From assembly GCA_902793995.1 (NCBI GenBank), contig CADBFP010000002.1, forward strand, positions 100,639 through 164,638: 64,000 nt of DNA. The letters run 5' to 3'. Both the position numbers and the translations under genes were made by a program. Origin of the DNA: an uncultured Lachnospiraceae bacterium. GTDB lineage: Bacteria > Bacillota > Clostridia > Lachnospirales > Lachnospiraceae. This document shows positions 17,344-25,603 of the stretch, piece after piece (positions within the stretch are counted from its first letter, which is position 1; every line of letters starts with the position of its first letter). The notes under the pieces were generated by a model, which was not told the origin of the DNA, did not search any database, and worked only from the letters and a program-made list of their open reading frames with translations.

Positions 17344-18169
17344 CTATTTTTCTTCATGGCAGGGATTTGATTTTGCATGGTTGAGTGAGACGATTTCTCA
17401 AATGCAAGAGGTCATCCGACCTGCAATAGAAGCAATATACAATATTCAGTCCACGCTGAAGCCTATTGTTGAGGCTGTTGAGCAGCATAATCAGGAGTTT
17501 GCAGAGATTGGACAAGCTCTATTGCATTTTTCTCGCCGCTATTCTGCCATCATGGTAATGGGGGAGGCGCAGTTTGTCTTTTGGGACTATATGACCGATG
17601 AATATGTCGATGTAATTGTGGATGCAGGAAATATTAACAAAACACTTAGAGATGAGATGCTCCGGGATCGATTCTCAAAGGTAAAAGGAACTGTTGATAA
17701 GACCATTTCTTTTCCAGTAATGCAGAAACATAAACGGCTTTACTTGCAATCTGTAGAAGCATTCTACAACGGAAATAGTGATTTGGCAGTTACGGGTTTC
17801 ACCTCTGTTTTTGATGGTTTGCTTGCTGATACTTCAGGTAATCCAACATCGAGTTTAAAACCTCGAGTTGAAATGATAAAGCAGAAGATTGAGAATGCCG
17901 AGCTACTTGATCAAGATGAATACGCGATGGTAACATTGGCAACTACATTACAAATGACATTAGATTCTTTTTCGACAAATTCGGACTTCAAAGGGAAAGA
18001 GCCAAAAGGGCTTAACCGGCATTGGATTGCACATGGTCGTTCTACACGAAAGAAAACAAAGTTGGATTGCATCAAAATGGTAAACTTAATATATGGCTTG
18101 TTGCTGGTAGGACATCTTGAATCTGTGAAAGCACATAGTCTTTCTTGCGAAAATGGTGAATCAGCATGA
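17336..18169 (+). CDS. hypothetical protein inside the R-M operon; C-terminal half has an Rx4H (HEPN-like) motif
   Basis: 277 aa. Overlaps the hsdM stop by 8 nt and forms ATGA with the hsdS start. The C-terminal helical region carries KGLNRHWIAHGRS (R-x4-H). No family recognised with certainty. Confidence 0.5.
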   Translation: MSDYFSSWQGFDFAWLSETISQMQEVIRPAIEAIYNIQSTLKPIVEAVEQHNQEFAEIGQALLHFSRRYSAIMVMGEAQFVFWDYMTDEYVDVIVDAGNINKTLRDEMLRDRFSKVKGTVDKTISFPVMQKHKRLYLQSVEAFYNGNSDLAVTGFTSVFDGLLADTSGNPTSSLKPRVEMIKQKIENAELLDQDEYAMVTLATTLQMTLDSFSTNSDFKGKEPKGLNRHWIAHGRSTRKKTKLDCIKMVNLIYGLLLVGHLESVKAHSLSCENGESA

Positions 18170-19293
18170 TAGATTATTTGGAACAAAGATTGGGGTCACT
18201 TTGCAGGCGTTTTTCAAGCGGCAAGGGTATATCTGCGGACTTGATAAATGAGATTGGCAAGTACCCAGTTATTGGTGGAAATGGTTTGCGTGGCTACACC
18301 GACATTTATAATTTCGATGGTGAGTGTGCGGTTATTGGACGACAAGGGGCATATTGTGGCAATGTCCAGTTCTTCTCCGGAAAAGGATACATGACAGAAC
18401 ATGCTGTTGTTACCCAGCCAAATAGTGCAAACAACGCCAAGTATCTTACCTATAAGCTGAGTGGCTTATCATTGGGACGCTTTTCTGGACAGGCTGCCCA
18501 GCCGGGCCTTTCAGTAACGAAACTTGCTCGATTGAGAATTGAAATGCCGCCTAAATGGTATCAAGATAAGGTTGCGGGTATTCTCTCTGCCTACGACAAC
18601 CTGATCGAACTCAACAACAAGCGGATCAAACTATTGGAGCAGATGGCGGAAAACCTGTATAAGGAGTGGTTCGTCCGCTTCCGCTTCCCCGGCCACGAAA
18701 CCGCAGAGTTTGAATACGGCATTCCGAAGGGGTGGGAACAACGCAAACTGTTTGACATCGCAAACATTACTTATGGCTATGCCTTTTCATCGGATGAGTT
18801 TTGTGACGACGAATCATTAAATGCAGTTGTCAGAATACGCGATGTTCCGAACAACGCTACAAACACCTATACCATCGAACAATGTCCCGAAAAATACTTG
18901 ATTTCGGAAAATGCAATTCTTGTTGGAATGGATGGCATCTTCCACATGTGCCTATGGAACGGAAAACGAGCCTTCCTAAATCAGCGAGTGGCAGAAATCG
19001 AAAGCGTTTGCCCAGAAATATGCAATTATTATTTGTACCTTTCAATAGCACCGCAGATCAAATACTGGGAGCAAGTGATTGCGGGTACAACGGTAGCACA
19101 CCTTGGCGATAAACACCTAAAGAAGATGACGGTTTTGGTACCGGACAAAATTACTTTGGGTAAGGCGAATGCAATACTGACTAGAATTATGATTGAAAAG
19201 AATAATCTGTTCAAACAAAATGAACAATTGATAAAACAGCGTGATTTGCTTCTTCCCCGCCTGATGAGCGGAAAGTTGGAGGTGTTAATGTGA
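18166..19293 (+). CDS. hsdS: type I restriction-modification system, specificity subunit S
   Basis: Two variable halves separated by the conserved LIELNNKRIKLLEQMAENLYKEWFVRFRFPGHE, ending in LIKQRDLLLPRLMSGKLEV. Confidence 0.95.
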   Translation: MIDYLEQRLGSLCRRFSSGKGISADLINEIGKYPVIGGNGLRGYTDIYNFDGECAVIGRQGAYCGNVQFFSGKGYMTEHAVVTQPNSANNAKYLTYKLSGLSLGRFSGQAAQPGLSVTKLARLRIEMPPKWYQDKVAGILSAYDNLIELNNKRIKLLEQMAENLYKEWFVRFRFPGHETAEFEYGIPKGWEQRKLFDIANITYGYAFSSDEFCDDESLNAVVRIRDVPNNATNTYTIEQCPEKYLISENAILVGMDGIFHMCLWNGKRAFLNQRVAEIESVCPEICNYYLYLSIAPQIKYWEQVIAGTTVAHLGDKHLKKMTVLVPDKITLGKANAILTRIMIEKNNLFKQNEQLIKQRDLLLPRLMSGKLEVLM

Positions 19294-19829
19294 ATCAATG
19301 GCTTATTAATAATTCAGCCGCACTTATTGGTGTTATTGGAGCTTTATTAGGGGTTTTGATTACTGTATTTATTGAGAATAGGCGCAGGCGTAAAGAATTG
19401 TTTGATAGTGTAAAACCGATATTGATAAATTATATGCGACATCAGATTGAGGGGGAAATAATAAAGTCCAAATACCTATTTGTTTCCGAGGGAGATGATT
19501 CGAGAGATATTACGGGGGTTTTCAAAAATACAGCTAATGGGATATTGTTTTTTGATTGTATCAAAACAGAAACAAAAATATATCGACCCAAATACAGTGC
19601 TACCGTTGATAAAGACACAGCTTTTTGTTTGATAATTAGGAACATTGAGGGGGAATCGCTTAGGGAGTGTCGAATATACTGTCACGATATTTTTGGGACA
19701 CCATACTATTACAATGCTCATTTTACATTTTCTGGAAAAGAAAGCCAGATTGTTCTCGTTAATGAATTACCGCATAAGGGAAGAAAAAAGGAAATAAAAA
19801 CGATGCTTGAGTCTTGTAAACAAGTATAA
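19290..19829 (+). CDS. hypothetical membrane-anchored protein inside the R-M operon
   Basis: 179 aa. GTG start overlaps the hsdS stop (GTGA) with GGAGGTG SD. One N-terminal TM helix (AALIGVIGALLGVLITVFI) followed by RRRRK. AT-rich. No family recognised. Confidence 0.6.
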   Translation: MNQWLINNSAALIGVIGALLGVLITVFIENRRRRKELFDSVKPILINYMRHQIEGEIIKSKYLFVSEGDDSRDITGVFKNTANGILFFDCIKTETKIYRPKYSATVDKDTAFCLIIRNIEGESLRECRIYCHDIFGTPYYYNAHFTFSGKESQIVLVNELPHKGRKKEIKTMLESCKQV

Positions 19830-19902
19830 TTTGAATTCGTGGTTTAATGTTAAGGGGATAGTCGAATGATATGAAAGACATCATTCGGAGAGAGGAAACC
19901 AA

Positions 19903-22900
19903 ATGATGAAGGATAGAAATATGCGCAACTTCATATCCGAAGACGATATAGAACAAGCGATCCTGCAAAAACTGAAGGCGGAGCCGTTCCAATATGATAT
20001 TGTGCGCTGCGACCCCTCCCCGGACAAGCGGGAGGTGCTGCCGGATGGAACCGGACGCAGTAGCAAAAAGGAATGCGTTCTCCCGCTTATCTTGCGGGAG
20101 GCTTTGCTGCGCCTGAATCCCTTTATCCCCCAGGAGAAGCTGACAGAAATCTTCCGGGATCTGTGCCGGGATTTCAGCGCCACGGATATGACGGCCACCA
20201 ATTACAAGTACTATAACCAGATTCGCAACGGCATCAAGATTACCCTCCGCCGTGATGGCAAAGAGGACTTCGATTTTGTGAAGCTGGTGGATTTTGATCA
20301 CCCGGAGAATAACACATTTACTGCCGTTTCCCAGATGTGGATCCAAGGGCGGGTTTATTGGCGCCGTCCGGATGTGCTTATCTTTATTAACGGCCTGCCC
20401 ATGGTTTTTATTGAGTTGAAAAACAGCATCGTGAAGGTGGAGGAGGCCTATAACGACAATCTGAAAAACTATTTGCGGGATATTCCGAATCTGTTTGCCT
20501 TCAACCAGATCTGTGTGCTGTCTAACGGGCTGGAAACGAGGCTGGGCGCCTTTAATGCCACTTATAATCATTTCTTCGAGTGGCTAAAGGTGGACTCCGA
20601 GAAGGAACGGCCTGACCGTCAGGCTCTGAAAGAAGCCCATACGGTGGGCGAAAGCTCAGTCCGCTATTTTATGGACGGTCTGTTGCGGAAAGAACGGCTG
20701 GTGGACTATATTGAAAACTATATCATGTTCCGCAACCAGAAAGACAAAATCATAGCAAAAACCCATCAATATTTCGGTGTAAACAATCTGATAGAATCGG
20801 TGAAAAATCGATCAGAGCTGCAGGGGAAGCTGGGGGTGTTCTGGCATACCCAGGGTTCGGGAAAATCATATTCCATGGTGTTCTTTACTCGCAAAGTTCG
20901 GCGCAAGATCCCGGGCAATTTTACTTTCCTGATTATCACCGACCGGGAGGATCTGGACGATCAGATCCACAAAAACTTTGTGAAAACGGAGGTCATTGGG
21001 GCAAAGGAAGAGTGCCAGCCGAAGAACGGGGGACAGCTGCGAGATTATCTGCAAACGAACAAATCCTTCATATTTACCTTGATTCATAAGTTCCGCTATG
21101 ACAAGGGAAAGAAGTATCCGCTTCTTTCTACCCGGGACGATATTATTGTGCTGGTGGATGAGGCCCACAGGACGCAGTATAAGGATCTGGCGGAGAATAT
21201 GCGCACCGCCCTGCCCAATGCCAATTACATCGCCTTTACCGGCACACCGCTTTTGGGCAGCAAAAGGTTGACCAATCAGTGGTTCGGCAATTATGTTTCC
21301 GAGTATAATTTTGCTCAATCAGTGGAGGATGGCTCCACGGTGCCGCTGTTTTATTCCCGCCGCGTGCCGGAAGTTGGACTGGAAAACGACTTCCTGGATG
21401 ATGATGTGGTGGATATCATAGAAGACGAAAACCTGAATGCGGATGAGACCCGTTTGCTGGAAAACTCCGCTTCCCGCATTCTGGAGGTCATCAAGCGGGA
21501 AGACCGTATTGATAAGATTGCTCGGGATATTGCCCATCATTTCCCGCGCCGGGGTTTCTTGGGGAAGGGGATGGTGGTTTCTGTTGATAAATATACCACG
21601 GTGAAAATGCATGATAAGGTTCAGCACTACTGGGCTATCGAAAAGCAAAAGATTGTGCAGGAACGCAACACCGCCGATACAATAGAAAAACGCAACGAGC
21701 TGACCCGGATTCTTGCCTATATGAACCGGGTGGAAATGGCAGTCATCGTCTCCGAAGAAGCGGACGAAAATGAGAAGTTCCAAAAGCAAGGGCTTGATAT
21801 TGCTGCACACCGGCAAAAGATGAATGCCGTCACCCCGGAAGGGCTGGATATTGAGGATCGCTTTAAGGAACCAGATGATCCGCTGCAGCTTGTGTTTGTC
21901 TGTGCCATGTGGCTGACCGGCTTTGATGTGGAGAATCTATCTACTTTGTATTTGGACAAGCCTATGAAGGGCCACACGCTGATGCAGGCCATTGCCCGGG
22001 CCAATCGTGTGTACCCCGGTAAGCCCTGCGGTATCATTGTGGATTATGTCAATGTGTTCAAGTACATGCAAAGAGCCTTAACGGAGTATGCAAGCGGTGA
22101 TGATGGCACAGAGTTCCCGGCGAAGGATATCGACCAGCTGATGGTCCTGCTTAACGCTGCCGTGGATGAGGCGGACGCGTTTTTGCAGGGACTTGGCATC
22201 GATATCGGATTGGCTGTTGCGGAGGCCTCCACCCTGGATAGGCTGGATTTGCTGCGGGAGGCTTACAATACCATCATTTCCAATGATGAGAATAAAGACA
22301 GATTCAAGGTGCTTCTGAACACGCTGATGAATCTTTACGAGGCATCGCGTCCGGAAATCTTTGAAAGAAACTGGCAGAATGAGAAGCTCTCGCCTCTGGC
22401 ATATTTATACGGTTTGTTCTGCCATACGATTGATGATGAAAAGATAAACAGGGCCAGGTGGCGAATGGCTCAGGTGCTGGATGGAAGCGTTTCCGTCAAT
22501 AAGGAGTTTGGCAGTATCAGAATTGAAGATCAGTTGGATTATGTGATTCATGGGTCAAAGGTTATTGATCTTTCCAAGCTGGATATAGAGCAGCTGAAAA
22601 AGGAAATACGCCTGGCAAGATATAAGGCGGTTGAGATAGATGATTTGAAAGCCTATATTGAAACAGCGCTGCAGCAAATGCTTAGCAGAAATTGCACACG
22701 GACCAATTTTGCTCAGCGCTATCGCACTATTATCGACCGGTACAATGCAGGCGGTTCGGAGAACGAAGATTATTATGAGCAGCTTTTGCAGCTCATAGAG
22801 GATCTAAAGGCAGAGGAGAAACGACCGGAAGCCGAGGGCCTGTCCGAGGCGGAGCTGGAAATCTTCGATTTGCTGATTGCCGGGAAGAAGCTCACCAAGG

Positions 22901-23154
22901 CGGACGAGCAAAGAGTGAAGCTGTCGGCAAAGAATCTGTTTAAGAAACTCTCGGAAGAAAAATCTGAGCTGATGGTCGTTGACTGGTACAAGGATGAACA
23001 GCCCCTGGCCAAGGTGAAGACAGCGATTGAAAAGTCTTTAGATGCTGATTTACCCGTGTCTTATGACAAAGAGACTTTTGCAGTTAAGATCGATTTGCTG
23101 CTTACTCATTTTATCGATATGGCGGTACAGGGATACGGATGGGTAGTGGCGTAA
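19903..23154 (+). CDS. hsdR: type I restriction-modification system, endonuclease subunit R
   Basis: 1083 aa. Walker A WHTQGSGKS, DEAH box VLVDEAHRTQY, and helicase C-terminal motifs (MWLTGFD, MQAIARANR). Confidence 0.95.
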   Translation: MMKDRNMRNFISEDDIEQAILQKLKAEPFQYDIVRCDPSPDKREVLPDGTGRSSKKECVLPLILREALLRLNPFIPQEKLTEIFRDLCRDFSATDMTATNYKYYNQIRNGIKITLRRDGKEDFDFVKLVDFDHPENNTFTAVSQMWIQGRVYWRRPDVLIFINGLPMVFIELKNSIVKVEEAYNDNLKNYLRDIPNLFAFNQICVLSNGLETRLGAFNATYNHFFEWLKVDSEKERPDRQALKEAHTVGESSVRYFMDGLLRKERLVDYIENYIMFRNQKDKIIAKTHQYFGVNNLIESVKNRSELQGKLGVFWHTQGSGKSYSMVFFTRKVRRKIPGNFTFLIITDREDLDDQIHKNFVKTEVIGAKEECQPKNGGQLRDYLQTNKSFIFTLIHKFRYDKGKKYPLLSTRDDIIVLVDEAHRTQYKDLAENMRTALPNANYIAFTGTPLLGSKRLTNQWFGNYVSEYNFAQSVEDGSTVPLFYSRRVPEVGLENDFLDDDVVDIIEDENLNADETRLLENSASRILEVIKREDRIDKIARDIAHHFPRRGFLGKGMVVSVDKYTTVKMHDKVQHYWAIEKQKIVQERNTADTIEKRNELTRILAYMNRVEMAVIVSEEADENEKFQKQGLDIAAHRQKMNAVTPEGLDIEDRFKEPDDPLQLVFVCAMWLTGFDVENLSTLYLDKPMKGHTLMQAIARANRVYPGKPCGIIVDYVNVFKYMQRALTEYASGDDGTEFPAKDIDQLMVLLNAAVDEADAFLQGLGIDIGLAVAEASTLDRLDLLREAYNTIISNDENKDRFKVLLNTLMNLYEASRPEIFERNWQNEKLSPLAYLYGLFCHTIDDEKINRARWRMAQVLDGSVSVNKEFGSIRIEDQLDYVIHGSKVIDLSKLDIEQLKKEIRLARYKAVEIDDLKAYIETALQQMLSRNCTRTNFAQRYRTIIDRYNAGGSENEDYYEQLLQLIEDLKAEEKRPEAEGLSEAELEIFDLLIAGKKLTKADEQRVKLSAKNLFKKLSEEKSELMVVDWYKDEQPLAKVKTAIEKSLDADLPVSYDKETFAVKIDLLLTHFIDMAVQGYGWVVA

Positions 23155-23303
23155 GTGTGCTGCACGGCTATATGCCATGAGATTCTCCGTCCCTTTTGTT
23201 ATAGTCTGCAAATATAATAAAAAGAGGGAATATAGAAACAGTGAGAGATTGAAGAGACGTAGGAGAAAATCAACCTTCCGAAAGCATTTGCGCGGGAATA
23301 TAA

Positions 23304-23425
23304 GGCAAGCAAGGCGGCTTGGAGCCACTTTTCGCTTGTTGGGGGAAATTTCCCCAATCCCCTTTGAACGATTTTTGCAAAATCGGCTACGCACCGTCCC
23401 AGCGCTTTATATAATCGGGCAACCG
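23304..23425 (+). repeat. right ~122-bp inverted repeat flanking the R-M operon
   Basis: Inverted partner of 14959-15080. Confidence 0.8.
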
Positions 23426-23495
23426 TTGAATTCCAGCGAGTGCCTGATGATAGAAACTATGAGCGTGATCAACTCGATGGAGTAGTATAGTATCA

Positions 23496-24572
23496 ATGAA
23501 AATAGAAGGTGACACAATGCCCAAAAAGAAAAACACAGAAATAACCATTCGCTCCGCCGCTGCGGAGTATCTCACCTATGTGGCCGCTACTGGCGACGCG
23601 CCGGAGAGCTTCGAGATGCGGTACGAAGGCGAGAACATCTGGCTCACCCAGCGGATGATGGCGGAGCTGTACGGCGTGGATGTTCGGACGGTAAATGACC
23701 ATCTGAAAAAGGTATATTCCGACGGTGAGTTGCCGGAGGAGGCAACTATCCGAAAATTTCGGATAGTTCAAACGGAGGGCAGCCGGCAGGTCTCCCGTGA
23801 GGTCATCCACTATAATCTGCAAGCAATTATCGCCGTCGGCTTCAAGGTGGGCAACGACCGCGCCGTGCAGTTTCGCAAGTGGGCGGGCCAGATCGTCAAA
23901 GACTACACCATTCAGGGCTGGGTCATGGACAAGGAGCGCCTTATCAAGGGGCACATGTTCACCGACGAATATTTTGAGCGCCAGCTGCAAAACATCCGCG
24001 AGATCAGGCTGTCCGAGCGGAAGTTCTATCAGAAGGTGACCGACCTCTACGCCACGGCCTTTGATTACGACAAAAATGCCAGAACGACACAGCTTTTCTT
24101 CCAAACGGTGCAGAATAAGCTGCATTACGCCGTACATCGTCATACCGCCGCGGAGCTGATCATGGAGCGCGCCGACACTGGTAAGGAACACATGGGACTG
24201 ACTACTTGGGAGGCGGCGCCGGAGGGCAAGATCGTCAAGTCGGACGTGAGCATCGCCAAAAACTATCTCTCCGAAACCGAGATGTCCTATCTGGAGCGGA
24301 TCGTTTCCCTGTATCTGGACTATGCGGAGCTTCAGGCGGAGCGGAAAATCCCCATGAGTATGGAGGATTGGGCGCGACGGCTGGACGGGTTTTTGGAGTT
24401 CAACGGGAATGAGCTTCTCACCGGACCAGGCAAGATCAGCGCTGAGGCGGCAAAGCTCCACGCCGAGAGCGAGTATGAGAAATACCGCATCGTGCAGGAT
24501 AGGCTGTTTGAGAGCGATTTTGACCGCTTCCTCCGGCTTGAGGGAGAAGTGAGTTCTGTCCATGAGGAATAA
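23496..24572 (+). CDS. rhuM: RhuM family virulence/defence-island protein
   Basis: WLTQRMMAELYGVDVRTVNDHLKKVYSDGEL, IIAVGFKV...AVQFRKWA and KNYLSETEMSYLERIVSLYLDYAE blocks typical of RhuM. The start could also be ATG 23517. Confidence 0.8.
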   Translation: MKIEGDTMPKKKNTEITIRSAAAEYLTYVAATGDAPESFEMRYEGENIWLTQRMMAELYGVDVRTVNDHLKKVYSDGELPEEATIRKFRIVQTEGSRQVSREVIHYNLQAIIAVGFKVGNDRAVQFRKWAGQIVKDYTIQGWVMDKERLIKGHMFTDEYFERQLQNIREIRLSERKFYQKVTDLYATAFDYDKNARTTQLFFQTVQNKLHYAVHRHTAAELIMERADTGKEHMGLTTWEAAPEGKIVKSDVSIAKNYLSETEMSYLERIVSLYLDYAELQAERKIPMSMEDWARRLDGFLEFNGNELLTGPGKISAEAAKLHAESEYEKYRIVQDRLFESDFDRFLRLEGEVSSVHEE

Positions 24573-24822
24573 TTACTAAACGCAAACAACCGCCCATTCT
24601 CCGATGGATCACAGGGCGGTTGTTGAGGCTGTTGCGATTGAGAGAAACGGGAGTGCTCCTCTACTGTCATGTAATGTGCTCAGATTCTCAATCAGGGTCA
24701 TATCAGGGCACAATCCGTTAATCAAAAGTAGTAAATCGGTAGTAAAACCGCTATTGATAATCTGCTAAAACGCTTTTATTCCAAGGCTTTACTTGATGAT
24801 TGTTGAACGTTCTCCCAAAAGT

Positions 24823-24884
24823 CAAATCATAAATATCACCCGAAAAGTTCAAAGGCGGCAACCACCTGCAGCTTTTCTTCGGAC
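24823..24884 (+). repeat. right 62-bp direct repeat (authentic 3' end of the APH-like gene)
   Basis: Identical to 14665-14726. Confidence 0.9.
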
Positions 24885-25603
24885 ACCTTCTCCCGGCCGT
24901 ACAAATCCTAAAACAGATCTCCGTAGGCCTCCGTTTTCAGATTATAGGCCAGGGACCACAGGGCCCAGTACAGATCGATATGCCTGTCCCCCGCCCCGGC
25001 CATTGCCAGATCGATAAAGGCACTGAAATGCCCCGCCTGCTGCAGAATATTGGGCAGGCAGGCATCCCCGTGGATCAGGCAGTCCGCCTCCAGCATCCCG
25101 CCTTCCCTCTGCATAATCCGCCAGGCCTCTGCCTTATCCTTAATGGGATAGCGCTGCATCAAAACGGATTCGTCATAATAGCCGCCTTCGAAATCCCCGG
25201 CGGCGGATTCCCTATAGCGCTTCAGGCGGGAGGACAAGGGGAAGCCCGCCGGCGGCAGGGCGTGCAGCTTCTTTAAGGACTCGGCCAGCATGGCGCAAAG
25301 GGCCTCCGGCTCCTTCAGGCACTTTGTCAATGGCAGACCCCGGGCCTGGCGGCTCATCAGAATATCCCGCTCTCCGGACTCATACCGCAGCGGCTTCGGG
25401 CCCAGTCCCCTTTGGTAAAAAAGCCAGCCCAGCCGGGCTTCTTCCTCCAGGGCCCCTGCTTCATCCGTTTTGATATACAGCCCGGCCGGCGCATCAAAAA
25501 ACACCTGCGCACAGGAGTGGCCGCTGCAGTCCTTTAAGGCCTCCCCGGAGAGCAGCCCCCGGGCTTCGGGAGATAGGAGGTAAATCAGTTCTTCAGCCTT
25601 CAT
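24836..25603 (-). pseudogene. APH(3')-like aminoglycoside/antibiotic phosphotransferase interrupted by one in-frame TAG
   Basis: LIHGDACLPNIL (HGDxxxxN) and IDLAMAGAGDRHIDL motifs. The ORF stops at TAG 24910-24908, but the same frame continues as DLYGREKVSEEKLQVVAAFELFG*, the usual APH C-terminus (..DLYG......K......LDELF). Confidence 0.75.

Larger units (their letters stand above)
14665..24884. mobile_element. ~10 kb genomic island (type I R-M operon plus rhuM) bounded by 62-bp direct repeats
   Basis: Perfect direct repeats at both ends duplicate the last 15 codons, stop and 14 nt of the flanking gene. The cargo is defence genes. No integrase or transposase lies inside. Confidence 0.6.

Noticed and set aside
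14665-24884. Prophage or ICE interpretation of the island, and phase-variable hsdS shuffling
   Set aside because: There are no integrase, replication, conjugation or phage structural genes. There is only one hsdS, with no inverted hsdS fragments and no adjacent recombinase. The inverted repeats lie outside the coding genes.
24908-24910. In-frame TAG (also TAA at 26925 and TGA at 49687) as evidence for stop-codon reassignment or pyrrolysine/selenocysteine recoding
   Set aside because: All three stop codons are affected, once each. The same codons terminate well-conserved genes at their expected ends throughout the window. No Pyl or Sec machinery or recoding signals are seen. Point nonsense mutations or sequencing errors are the simpler explanation.
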